A DNA stretch of 64,000 bases from the human T2T-CHM13v2.0 reference genome, Homo sapiens. The stretch's first letter is position 1. Each line of letters opens with the position of its first letter. A program made the translations under genes and the position numbers. The notes under the pieces are model-generated. The model was not told the DNA's origin and did no database searches. It saw nothing but the letters and a program-made list of their open reading frames with translations. The stretch lies in the NCBI RefSeq assembly GCF_009914755.1, contig NC_060934.1; one strand, written 5' to 3'. Shown here in pieces: positions 29,246-48,389 of this stretch.

Positions 29246-31734
29246 GTCTATCACATAAATGGAAAACAAAAAAGAGCAGTGATTGATATTCTTTCATAAG
29301 ATAAAACAGACTTTAAACCATCTACAGTAAAAAAAAAAAAGAACAAAGAAGGGTATTACATAATGATAAAGTGTTCAATTCAACAAGAAGACTTAACTAT
29401 CTAAAATATCTCTGCACCCAACATCAGAGCACCCAGATTCAGAACACAACTGCCTATAGACCTACAAAAAGACTTAGATAGTCACATAATAGAGGAGGAC
29501 TTCAACACACCACTGACAGCATTAGACAGATCACTGAGGCAGAACTCTAACAAAGAAATTATGGACTTATATTTGACACTTGACCAACTGGATCTAATAA
29601 ACATCTACAGAATACTCCACTCATCAACCACAGAATATACATTCTTCTCATCTGAACACAGAACATACTGCAAGACTGATCACATGCTCAGCCATAAAGC
29701 AAGTCTCAAATAACTTTAAAGAATGAAACATACCAACCATACTCTTGGACCACAATGCAATAAAAACAAATCAATACCAATTAAACATCCCAAAACCACA
29801 CAATTACATTAAAATTAGACAACTTGTTCCTGGATGACTTTTGGGTAAACAGCAAAATCAAGGCAAAAAATAGAAAATTATTTGAAATTAATGAAAACAG
29901 AGATACAACATACCAAAATCTGTGGGATGCAGCAAAAGCAGCATTAAGAGGAAAGTTTAGAGTGCAATATGCCTACATCAAAAAGTCAGAAAGATCTCAA
30001 ATTAACAATCTAACATTGCAACTATGGGAACTAGAAAAAACAAGAAGAAACTAATTCAAAGCTAACAGAAAATATAAATATCTAAAATCAGAGCAAAACT
30101 GAATGGAATTGAAAAGTGAAAATCCACAAAAAGCATCAACAAAACCAAAAGTTGGTCTTTGAAACAATAAACAAGATCCATACACTGCTAGTCAGAAACA
30201 AAGAAAAAAGGAAGAAGATCCAATAAACACAATAAAAAAATGACAATGGTGACATTATAACCAATTTCATAGAAATACAAAAGATCCTCAGAAACTATTA
30301 TGAACACTATCTATGCACACAAACTAGAAAATCTAGAGGAAATGAATACATTCCTGGAAACACACAACTTCCCAAGATTGAAACAGGAAGAAATTAAAAC
30401 TCTGACCTGATCAATAACAAGTTCCAAAGTTGAATCAATAATAAAAATTCTACCAACCAATAAAAGCCCTGAACCAGATGGATTTACAGCTGAATTCTAC
30501 CAGGGATACAAAAAAGAGCTGCTACCAATCCTGCTGAAACTGCTCGAAAAAACAGAGGAGGAGAAACTTCTCCCTAACTCATTGTTCAAAGCCAGCAACA
30601 TCATCATAATACCAAAACCTGACAAAGACAGGATGAAAAAAGAAAACTACAGGCCAACATCCCTAATGAACATGGATGCAAAAATCCCCAGCAAAATACT
30701 AGCAAACCGAATTCAGCAGCACATCAAAAAGTTATTTCACCATGATCAAGTGAGCTTCACTCCAATAATGCAACAGTGATTCAATATATGCAAATCAATA
30801 AATGTGATTTACCATATAAACAGAATTAAAAACAAAACCATATATCATCTTAATAGATGCAAAAGAAGATTTTGCCAAAATCCAAAATCCCTTCATGTTA
30901 AAAAACCTAACGAGCATATCTCAAAATAATAATAGCCATCTATGACAAACCCACAGCCAACATCATACTGAATGAGCAAAAGCTGGAAGCATTCCCCCTT
31001 AAGAACTGGAACAAGAAAAAGATGCCCACTCTCACTACTCATTTTCAACACAGTACTGGAAGTTCTAGCTAGAACATTCAGGCAAGAAAAAGAAATAAAA
31101 GGCATTCAAATAGAAAAAAAAAAAAAATCAAACTCTCTCTCTTCAGAGATGATATGATTCTATACTTAGAAAACCCTGAAGTCTCTGCCAAAAGGTTTCT
31201 AGAACAGATAAACAACTTCAGCAAAGTTTCAGAATACAAAATCAACGTATTAAAATCAATAACATTTCTATACACCAATAACACTCAAGCTGACATCCAA
31301 ATCAAGAACACAATCCTATTTATTAATACAATATCCACACACAAAAATAAAAGACCTAAGAATTCATCTAACCAAGGAGGTAAAAGATCTCTACAAGGAG
31401 ATCTACAAAACACTGTTTCAAAGAAACCAGAGATGACACAAAATAAAAATAAAAATAATTCCCTGCTTATTGACAGAAAGAATCAATATCACTAAAATGG
31501 CCATATTGCCCAAAGCAATCTACACATTCAATGCTATTCCTATCAAACTACCACCGTTTTTCACAGAATTAGAAAAAAAATTTCTGAAACTCATATAAAA
31601 CCAAAAAAGAGCCCAAATAGCCAAAGCAATCCTAAGCAAAAAGAACAAAACCAGAGGCATCACACTACATAAATTCAAACTATACTACAAGGCTACAGTA
31701 AACAAACAACATAGTACCAGTATAAAAATAGACA

Positions 31735-35024
<3,290 letters not shown>

Positions 35025-35191
35025 CTACAACCATCTGCTCTTTGACAAAGTTGATGAAAACATACAATGGGGAAAGAACTCTCTACTCCCTATTCAATAA
35101 ATGATGCTGAGATAACTGGCTATCCATATGCAGAAGAATAAAACTGGACCCCTACCTCTAACTACATACAAACATTAACTCAAGATGGATT

Positions 35192-35262
35192 AAACTATCC
35201 TCTAAAACTGTGAGAAATAAATTTGTTGTTTAGGTTAAAAATTTTCAAAAAGTTTAAAAAAA
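35192..35262 (+). mobile_element. Short polyadenylated MaLR-LTR-like fragment inserted in L1
   Basis: 'cctctaaaactgtgagaaataaatttgttgtttag' plus an A-rich tail, flanked by aagatggatt/aaggtggatt. Confidence 0.65.
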
Positions 35263-36396
35263 AAGGTGGATTGCAGACTTAAATGCAAAACCTAAAACTA
35301 AAAATATTCTAGAAGAAAAGCTAGGAAATGCCTTTTTAGACATCAGCCTTGGAAAAGAATTTATGGCTAAGTCCTGCAATTGCAACAAAAATGAAAAAGT
35401 GGGACCTAATTAAACTAAAGTGCTTCTGCAAAGCAAAAGAAACTATCAACAGAATAAAAAGACAACCTACAGAGTTGGTGATAATATTCACAAACTAGGT
35501 ATCCAACAATGGTCTAAAATCCAGACTCTATAAGGAACTTAGAAAATTCAACAAGCAAAAAACAAATAACCCCATTAAAAAGTGGACAAAGAACATTAAC
35601 AGACATTTCTCAAAAGAAGACATACAAGTGGCCACCAAACATACGAAAAAAATATTCAACATCATTAATCAAAACCATGAGATCCCATCTTACACAAGTC
35701 AGAATGTCTATTAATAAAAAGTCAAAAAAAAAACAGATGTTGGTGAAGGCTACAGAGAAAAGTAAATGCCTATAAACTGTTTGTGGGAATGTCAATTAGT
35801 TTAGCCACTGTGAAACACAGTTTGGAGATTTATCAAAGTACTAAAAATAGAATTACCATGCGAACAGCAATCCCAATACTAGGGATATATCCAAAGGACA
35901 ATTATTCATTCAACCAAAAAGACACACACACCCAAATCTTCATCACAGCACTATTCACAATAGCAAAGACATGGAATCAACCTAGGTGCCCGTCAAAAGT
36001 GAACTGGATAAAGAAAATGTCGAATACAGTATGCCCATAAAAAATAACGAAGTCTTGTTTTTTGCACCAATATGGCTGCAGCTGGAAGCCAATATCCTAA
36101 GTGAACTAATGCAGAAACAGAAAACCACATACTGTATGTTCTTGCTTATAAGTGGGAGCTAAACATTGGATGCACATGGGCATAAAAATGGTGACAACAA
36201 GAGTGCGGAAAAAGGGAGAAAGGAAAGTGTTGAAAAACTAATCATTGGGTACTATGCTCAGTATGTGGGTGATAGGTTTAATTGTATCCCAAATCTCAGC
36301 ATCACACAACACACCCTTGTAAAAAACCTGCGCATGTACCCCTTGAATCTAAAACAGAAGCTGGTGGGAAAAGGGCTTACAGAGCTCCAAAAAAAA

Positions 36397-37325
36397 TGAA
36401 TGAAAAAGTACACCACGGAATGGGAGAAAATATTCGAAAAATAAATGTCCCACAAAGGACTTATACCTAGAATATTTAAAGAAGTTTTACAACTTGATAG
36501 AAGGACAAACAAAAGATTGAACCTAACAGGCATCTCACCAAAGAAGATGTAGAGATGGCAAATAAGCACGTGAGATGTTTAACATCATTAGTTATTAAGG
36601 AAATAGAAGTTAAAACCAAATTGAGATAGTTCTACATGCTCACTAGAATGGCTGAAATTTAAAAGGCTGACCATAAAAAGACTATTGGCAAGGATGTGGA
36701 CCACTGAAACTCTCATACACAGATAGTGGGAATGTAAAATGGCACAACTCCTTTGGAAAACAGTTTGATGATTTCTTAAAAGTGTAAAAATACATCTACC
36801 ATGTGACTAAGCCACTGCACTCCTAGATATTTGCTCAAGATAAATCAAAATGTCTCTTTACACAAAAACTTAAATACATGAATGTTCATGACAGTTGTAC
36901 TCGTAATAGCCTAAAACTGGAAACAACCCAAGCATCTATCAGCAGCTAAATAAATAAACGAATAATGGTATCCATACAATGGAATACTATTTCACAATAT
37001 TTAAAACTACTGATAAACACAACATGATGGATGAATCTCAAAATAATTATGCTGAGTGAAAAAAAGCTACATAAAAAGAGCACATGTTATATAATTCCAT
37101 GTCTATAAAATTCCAGAAATGTGAATTAATCTACAGTGACATAAAGCAGATCAGTGGTTACCTGTGGAGAGGAGGAAGAGAGACACAGGAGGCAGAAAAG
37201 GGAAACATTGCAGACGGGCAAGAGAAAACTTTAGGGAGAGATTGGTACATTTACTATCTTGACTATGGTGATGGTTTCACCATCGACATATTTCAAAACT
37301 CATCAAATTGTACACTTAAAATGTA
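36397..37325 (+). mobile_element. Old L1M 3' end (continuation of 25605-26645)
   Basis: Resumes 'ccacggaatgggagaaaatatt' where the left part stopped; L1MC/MD-type 3'UTR. Confidence 0.75.
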
Positions 37326-37328
37326 TGC

Positions 37329-37420
37329 ACTCTACTTTAGGGGCTGAAGCAGGGGGATCTTTTGAGCCTAAAAGCTAGAAGGTAGCCTGGGCAACACAGC
37401 AAAACCCTGTCACTAAAATA
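37329..37420 (+). mobile_element. Alu left-monomer (FLAM-like) fragment
   Basis: 'actttaggggctgaagcagggggatcttttgagcct...agcctgggcaacacagcaaaaccctgtc'. Confidence 0.6.
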
Positions 37421-37479
37421 TGTATGTATAATGCATTACATATATTAAACCTCAATAAATCTATTTTTAAAGCCTTGGT

Positions 37480-38558
37480 AATTAAAATACTGATGCTGTA
37501 AGATGAATAGGAAGAATTAAAAATCCAAAAATAGATTCAAATACATAAACGAATGCATTCTGTGAAAAAAGTGATATCTCAAACAAGTTAGGAGACTTGC
37601 TGGTCAAGACTTGCTCTTGGAAAAACTGGATAAACATCCAGAAAAAATTAAATAAGATTGAATCCATACCTCACATTATATCATTATATTCCAGATGCAT
37701 ATATTCTAAATAGATCAAAGATTTGCTTGTAGAAAGTGCAACCATGTGATAATTCCTTTTCAACCTTGGGCCTGCGAGCTAACTATGACTGAGTCAATAA
37801 AAGAAAAAAATGTATAAATCTGACAACAATTAAAATCTTCTCCATGGCGAAAATACACCATAAGCAAATTCAAAAGACAACAATCTGGAAAAAGTGTAAT
37901 TGCAAGTCATATTACAAAGAGTTAATCTACTCAATATTTTAAAAGCTCCTAAAAATCAGTAAGCAAAAGAAGTCCAGTAACTCAAAAGAAAATGGGTAAA
38001 GAATGTGAACAAATATGCATATGTACAGATAAAGATGCTTAACCTTTCTAATAAAAAATGCAAATTAAAATAACACTAGATAATATCTTTTGCCTATCAG
38101 CTTAGAAAAATAACCAAAGTTAAAGACTCTGTTAGTTAGGCTTCAGCATGCAGGTATTCTCATACACCATGAGAATGTAAATTAGTACCACCATTTTGGA
38201 GGACACTTTGGCAATATCTGTACAAATTACAAATGCATATGCCCTTTAACCCCAAACTTTCACTTCTGAGAATTTATCCTACAAATAACACTTGCATGCC
38301 TATGAAGTTGTATATATGCATGTGTAGGTGTGTCTACATACTTAAGTGTATGTATGTATATATGTATGTATGTGTGTATATATATAGTTATTACTTACAT
38401 TATTCTGTGTAATGGCAAAAGATTGAAAATCATTAAAATGTCCATCAATAAAGGACTGGTCAAACAAATTTTGGTATGTCTATATAATTGAATACTATAA
38501 AGCTGTTACAAAAAATAAGGCAGATCTCTATATGCTGATGTGGAAAGATCTCCACTTG
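37480..38558 (+). mobile_element. L1ME-like fragment, continues at 41949-42210
   Basis: 'gaatgtaaattagtaccaccattttggagg', 'ctatatgctgatgtggaaagatctcc'; split by the 38559-41934 insertion. Confidence 0.7.
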
Positions 38559-41934
<3,376 letters not shown>

Positions 41935-42434
41935 AAGATCTCCACTTGTTAAGTGAAAAAGATCTCCCACAATGTTAAGTGAAAAAAAGCAAGCTACAGA
42001 GGAGTTGTATAGTTGTTACTTTTCTGTAAAATGATGGGGTAATAAGAATCTATATTTATGTTTTCTTATATATATAAAGAGTCTCTGGAAAGATACATAA
42101 GAAACACATAATTTTGATTACCCTGATGGATGGGTGGGGTTGTATAGATGAGGGCAGAGAAGTCAAGGGAAACTTCACTGTACATTTCATATATAATTTT
42201 TCTGATCTGTTTATATATCTGTCTCTCCCCTGAAAACAACATGCTATGCCCCATGGGGTCAGGCACTTAGTTGTAATGTTTAATGTAATGTTTATGTTTA
42301 TCTCCAGTGCCTCAAATGGTTCCTAGCAAATGGTAGAACTTTTGTAAAACTTATTTTTTGATAGAAGTGCACATTTTAAAAACTTTCAGACCACTGTAGT
42401 AAATTATGTCTAGATTTCCTTACAGCTCTAGAGT

Positions 42435-42660
42435 AGGTTTCAGCAAAATTTTTCTATAAAGAGCCAGATACTAAATATTTTAAGGTTTGTTGGCCATATG
42501 GTCTCTGTCACGATTACTCAACTCTGCTTTTATGGTACAAAAGCAGCCACAGACAATAAGTAAACAAGTGGGTGTGACTGTGTTCTAATAAAATATTATT
42601 TATAACAACAGGTAGCCAGCCAGATTTGGTCCAAGGGCTGTAGTTTGCCCAACTCTGTTC
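42435..42660. mobile_element. MER58A hAT MITE
   Basis: 'cagcaaaatttttctataaagagccagatactaaatatttt...ggccatatggtctctgtcacgattactcaactctgc...ctgtagtttgccc'. Confidence 0.85.
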
Positions 42661-43574
42661 TGGAATTTTGTTTCTCTGATTATCCATCAGTTGAACCTTG
42701 AAAGGTATGTAAGATTTCCATCTTTCAAAATAAAAAAATTGGATAAACGAATGAACGAATAAATAAATAAATAAATATTAACCAACTTTTCCATAAGGAA
42801 GAGTTATTCATATTCTTATTCATCCGATCTTATTCATCAGATTTACTTCTTTTGTATTGGGCTATATGATACTGTATCTCTAATGAGACTTTTTTGCTTT
42901 AAATCCACTGCATTTTATTTTATTAATTTATAATTTTTATTGGTACATATTAGGTGTATATATTTATGGAGTACATGAGATATTTTGTTACAGGTAAATA
43001 ATGTCTAGTGAGGTGACTTTTGAACAGGGACTTGAAGGAAGTAAAGCAGCAATCTATATGGTTAGCTAAGGGAAGAGGGCCTCAGGGAGAAGAAACAGTC
43101 AACATAAGCTACTTGAAGAGAAAATTTGCTTGGCTTGTCTTAAAACTATTTTTAATAATTTCATTAAAGCAAAAAATTCTACATTATAGAACACCAAATA
43201 TACAACTTATTTAGTTTAATATACAAATATATATCTCTTAAGAACACAACTCCAAAATGAAAATATTTAGATATTAAGTTAGGACATAAATAGACTAATC
43301 ATTTAATGATACAACTCCAGGAGGCACATAGCCCTAAGACATGTTTGACACCGACATACTAAAAGTTGAAGATGCTATTTATTATCCTGCCCAAATTATT
43401 TAAATTATTTTAGTGTATGCTTGGTCTTGCCATGATTGTGAGAAGAGCACAGAGACATCAGAGGATCTAGTTTCTTATCCTAACTCTACCACTAACTAGC
43501 CATGTGACAAGTTTTTAATGGTAAACACAGGAGTTGAACTAGATAATGCCTACTCTTCCTATATAACATTCAGC

Positions 43575-44013
43575 AATATCTGGATAAATTATTGGGTATC
43601 ACAATGAGTCAAGGTCAGGGATGCTCTTAAAAACCTGCAATGGGCCGGGTGCAGTGGCTCATGCCTGTAATCCCAGGACTTTGGGAAGCCGAGGTGGACA
43701 GATCACCTGAGGTCAGGAGTTCACAACCAGCCTAGCCAACATGGCGAAACCCTGTCTCTGCTAAAAATACAAAAAAATTAGCCTAGCTGGGCGTGATGGC
43801 ATGTTACTGTAATCCCAGCTACTCGGGAAGCTGAGGCAAGAGAATCGCTTCAACTCGGGAGGCAGAAGTTGCAGTGAGCCAAGAGCACTCCACCCTGGGC
43901 AATAGAGCAAGACTCTGTCTCAAAAAAAAAACAAAAACCTGCAATGCAGAGGACATCTCACACAATAATTATTCAACACTAAATGTCAATAGTGCCAAGG
44001 TTAAGAAACCCTG
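43575..44013. mobile_element. MER20 hAT MITE split by an Alu
   Basis: 'ggggatgctcttaaaaacctgcaatgcagaggaca...aaatgtcaatagtgccaaggttaagaaaccctg'. Confidence 0.75.
43643..43932 (+). mobile_element. AluS (Sx-like)
   Basis: Dimer; TSD aaaaacctgcaatg at 43629-43642 and 43933-43946. Confidence 0.92.
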
Positions 44014-44184
44014 TCCTAATGAAAAGTATTCTTCTCTACTTCATTGAAGGTGGTCAATGACTATCATATATTAATTAGGAATCCTTCTGGCTAACAAAAC
44101 CTGAAATAAATGGTAGTTTAATTTTCTGAAAACAAATTCATAAGGGTGGCTGCCAACAACAGAACAGCTTCAAGAACTCATAGG

Positions 44185-44496
44185 CTAACCCCCAAAGTGA
44201 TGATATTAGAAGGTGGGACCTTTTGGGAGGTGATTAGTTCAGGAAGGCGGAACCCTTATGAATAGGATCAGTGCTCTTATAAAAGAGGCCAAAAGGAACC
44301 CATTTACCTTCTACCTTGAGAGAACAGAGCAGGAAGGCACTGTCTATGAGAAAGTGGGCCCTCACCAGCTGCCAAATATACCAGTGCCTTGATCTTAAAC
44401 TTCCCAAACTCCAGAACTGTGAAAAATAAACTCCAGTTGTTTATAAGCTACCTAGTTTGTGGCATTTTGTTACAGCAGACCAAATGGACTAAGACA
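44185..44496 (+). mobile_element. MLT1A-like MaLR LTR
   Basis: 'ctaacccccaaagtgatgatattagaaggtgggacc...ccagaactgtgaaaaataaa...aatggactaagaca'. Confidence 0.8.
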
Positions 44497-45949
44497 GGGA
44501 GAAAGCAGTAGTACTAGCCACATCTATGTCTTTTATCAGGAAAGCAAAATCTAACACCTTAGGGGACAGAACTACCTTCAAGGGAGGTCAGGAAAGTCAC
44601 TTAACCCTCACTGCCTGCAAGGGAGGCTGGACTAGTAAACACTTAGCTTCCTTAGACTTCATAGTGGAGTCTGGCAAAAGAGAAGAGGATTGGAAATTGG
44701 TCTTAGGTTAATCAGTTAATAGAGCCTACCTTATAGTCAATATCCTCTCACATGAATTAAGATGAATACTAAATAATAAATAAGTCCTCATCAAACAGTT
44801 GATTTCTGGGATTTCCTCCTTGGTAGAGATGAAAGAATAGGTGCGTAAGGACTACAAATCTAATTCATACAGCTCACCGATGCTCTGTGGACAATGTCAT
44901 TTAAAAAGTGGTGCTTTCTTCTTTAATTGACCCACTGTTCACACATTCAGCTTTATGTTATGCTATGGTTAGATATTAAGTTAGGACGTAGACAAAAGAA
45001 ACTAGTAAGCCAAGTATCCCTCTTTCATAGCAGAGTAAGAGACAAACTAAAAAGCTATCAACCAGAGACTAACATCGTGAAAAATCTTGGAAACCCTCTT
45101 AAGGGAACTCTTGGAAAAGTAGTTTAATTACAGAGAACAATCTCAATTGCTGCAGGAAAAGCCATTCCTAACTAACCTGCCAGGGCACTTCAGAGATATT
45201 ACAGCCTTGATACGAGAAAGTCAATACACATCAAAGCTCAAAGATATATGTTAGAGCCCATAGCTATGATGCCTTTTGAATCTGCTCAGCGCCATCCAAG
45301 CAAGTGGTATAAATTCAAGATTATTTGGCTTATATTTAAAATGAAAAAGGCATGTTTGCATTCCAGTGCACAGATAAAAGTGCTCTCTTCCTCTAGGGAT
45401 GAATATATCCTAACCAGTTTAACATACTTTAGTTTGGATTTCTGTTTGGTACAGTAACAATGTAGACCCTGCTAAACTTTATGTAATCCACAGTAGATGT
45501 AATATATTCAGATTTTCAAACAGACCTAAAAAGATTTAACCTCTGAGATTGCTGTTAAAAAGAAAACCTTCTGTACTAGAAAGTAGAATGTGTATGTAGC
45601 AGCATCAGGGAGAAGAAAGAAGATGTATATTAAGGAAAGAATGAGAAGTCACCAATAGGAAAATTTGTCAGAATAAGTTAAGAGTAGGGACTAGTTGAAA
45701 TCTCCTAGGTCTTTTCAGTTTAGCATTTCCTTCTCTAGAGGGAAATTCTATGAAGTACTTTTCTATTATAAACTTGAATTTCTCATCCTAATACTTTCCA
45801 AATAAAATTATTTTACACTAACATTCAACGACTGATTTAAAGTACAGGGTCTGGAAATTTGGGGATAAATTGTTTTAAATTTTTTGCAGGTTGCTGAATT
45901 CTGAGATGTTTTTGCTCTAACTATTCTTTCTCTATAAAAATAGCTTATT

Positions 45950-47120
45950 TAAAAAAAAATTTCATTGACATATAATAATTATATACATTTATGGAGTACA
46001 TAGTGATGTTTCAATGCCTATAATGTATGGTGATCAGAGCAGGGTAATTAGCATATCTACCATCTAAAACATTTGTCATTTCTTTGTGTTGGGAACATTC
46101 AGTTTCTTCCTTCTAGGAGTTTGAAACTACATAATATATTATTGTTAATTATAGTCATCCTACAGTGCTAGAGAACACCAGAACTTATTCCTCCTATCTT
46201 GCTGTAACTTTTTTTTTAAGAGACAGTCTTGCTCTGTCACCCAGGCTGGAGTAGTAGCACAATCATAGCTCACTGCAGCCTTGAACTCCTGGGTTCAAGC
46301 CACCCCCACACTTCAGCCTCCCAAGTAACTGGGACTACAGGCGCATGCCACAAAACAAGGCTTCTAGCTTTAATTTTGTACCCTTTAACAAATCTCTATC
46401 ACCTTCTTCCCCCTACCCTTCTCAGACCCTAGTGTCCTATGTTCTACTTTTTACTTTTTTTTATGTTTTAATGTTTTGTATAATTACAGTGATATTTGTT
46501 CCAAACCTCAAACTGGGACACTTAATATAACAAAAGATTTTAAACATTTTGAGAATTTTTAAAATTTTAACTTGTTATTTTGAAATAACTTTAGACTTAC
46601 AAAAGAGTTGTCATAATGATACAGAGAGTTTCTGTATATCTATTACCCAGCTTTCTCAAATGTTAACATCACTAATGTTAACATCCTACATAACCAGGTA
46701 TGGTTATCAAAACTAAGAAACGAATATTTGTGTAGAACACTATTAACAAATGCCAGACTTTATTAGAGTTCTACCATTCTTTTTTAATGGATGTCCTTAT
46801 TCTGTTTCAGGGTCCAATCAAAGATGTTATGAAACATTTTGTGGTCATCTTCTTTTGTCTCCTCAGATCTGTGAGAATTCTGTGAGAAAGACAGTCTCCA
46901 TCTTTCCTGTTCTTTCATAACCTTGACATGTTTGGAAAGTCCCTCATCCACGTATGACTTAGAACATGCAGTTTTTAACTGTCTGTTCCTGACTTATTTC
47001 ACTTAACAGTGTCCTCCAGTTCCAACCATGTTGCTGTGAATGACAGGATTTCATTCTTTTTATGGCTGAATAGTGTTAATGGAATATATACACAATGGTG
47101 TATATATACCACATTTTTTA
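45950..47120 (-). mobile_element. Composite of an L1MA 3' end, an Alu monomer (~46209-46350) and an L1MC-like fragment (~46555-46940)
   Basis: 'ttcattgacatataataattatatacatttatggagtacatagtgatg'; 'gagacagtcttgctctgtcacccaggctgga'; 'ttgttattttgaaataactttagacttaca'. Confidence 0.7.
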
Positions 47121-47544
47121 TTTAATAGATCATTTTATGCCCTTTAGAATTTATTTAGTTGCTATCATAATAAGTAACATATAAGGGCAATTCCATTGAA
47201 GCATTCTGGACTTTGGCTAGGTAACTGAACAATTATGAGATACATGTCAAATAATGGGCACTTGATACATTTCTGTTGCCATTTGTCATTTTCAATTGTC
47301 GTTTGTCTACATTGACAAATGCAGAGCTTCTTCACTGTGTTTGTGTACCTAACTGCATCAACCATTTAAAAGGTATCTAAAAATCTATGTCTAGGAATTC
47401 TAAATACAAGATTTGACCTTTTGTGGAAAATACTACATATGTCTTAAAATATTTCTCTGTTTAAAACATAATATTACATTATTATAAAGTTGCCATGAGC
47501 ATAATTCTGTCTTTTATTTTTTAATACTCATCCAAAGACCACAT

Positions 47545-47760
47545 TGTATAGTGAAAATAGCATAGAAGTAGGAGTCAGGATGCCTGTGTTTCAGCTCTAG
47601 CCCCCCGCTTGGACAAGTCTCTTAAAATCCTCAAGCCTCAGATTCATCTTCTACAAAACGAAGGTGATATAACTTCCTTGCCTAGTTCACAGGGCAACTA
47701 TGATCATTATATGCTATGATCCTTATGAAAGTGTTTATAAATTGAAAGGCATTATACAAA
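47545..47760 (+). mobile_element. MIR SINE
   Basis: 'gtatagtgaaaatagcatagaagtaggagtcagg...ttggacaagtc...aagcctcagattcatcttctacaaaa'. Confidence 0.65.
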
Positions 47761-48057
47761 GATATTAATATAGTTAAATATAAACAAGAATATGGCATAT
47801 AACCCTTGGTGGGGAAAATGGACTAAAAATATATTTAGAAAGTATCATGCGAATATGAACATCACATTGCTTTTCCCAAAGGTAAAGCAAACAAGTTTAT
47901 ACTTTAAAGGCTCTTGGTAATTTTTTAAATAGGATCAATAGGTGACAGGTCCACACTTAATACAAGCCATCTGATCTAGAATAGGAAATCCAAGACTTTA
48001 GAGTACAATGAGGTGAAAATCCTAAACCATGAGTAGAGCATAGAATTAGTCTGGAGA

Positions 48058-48389
<332 letters not shown>

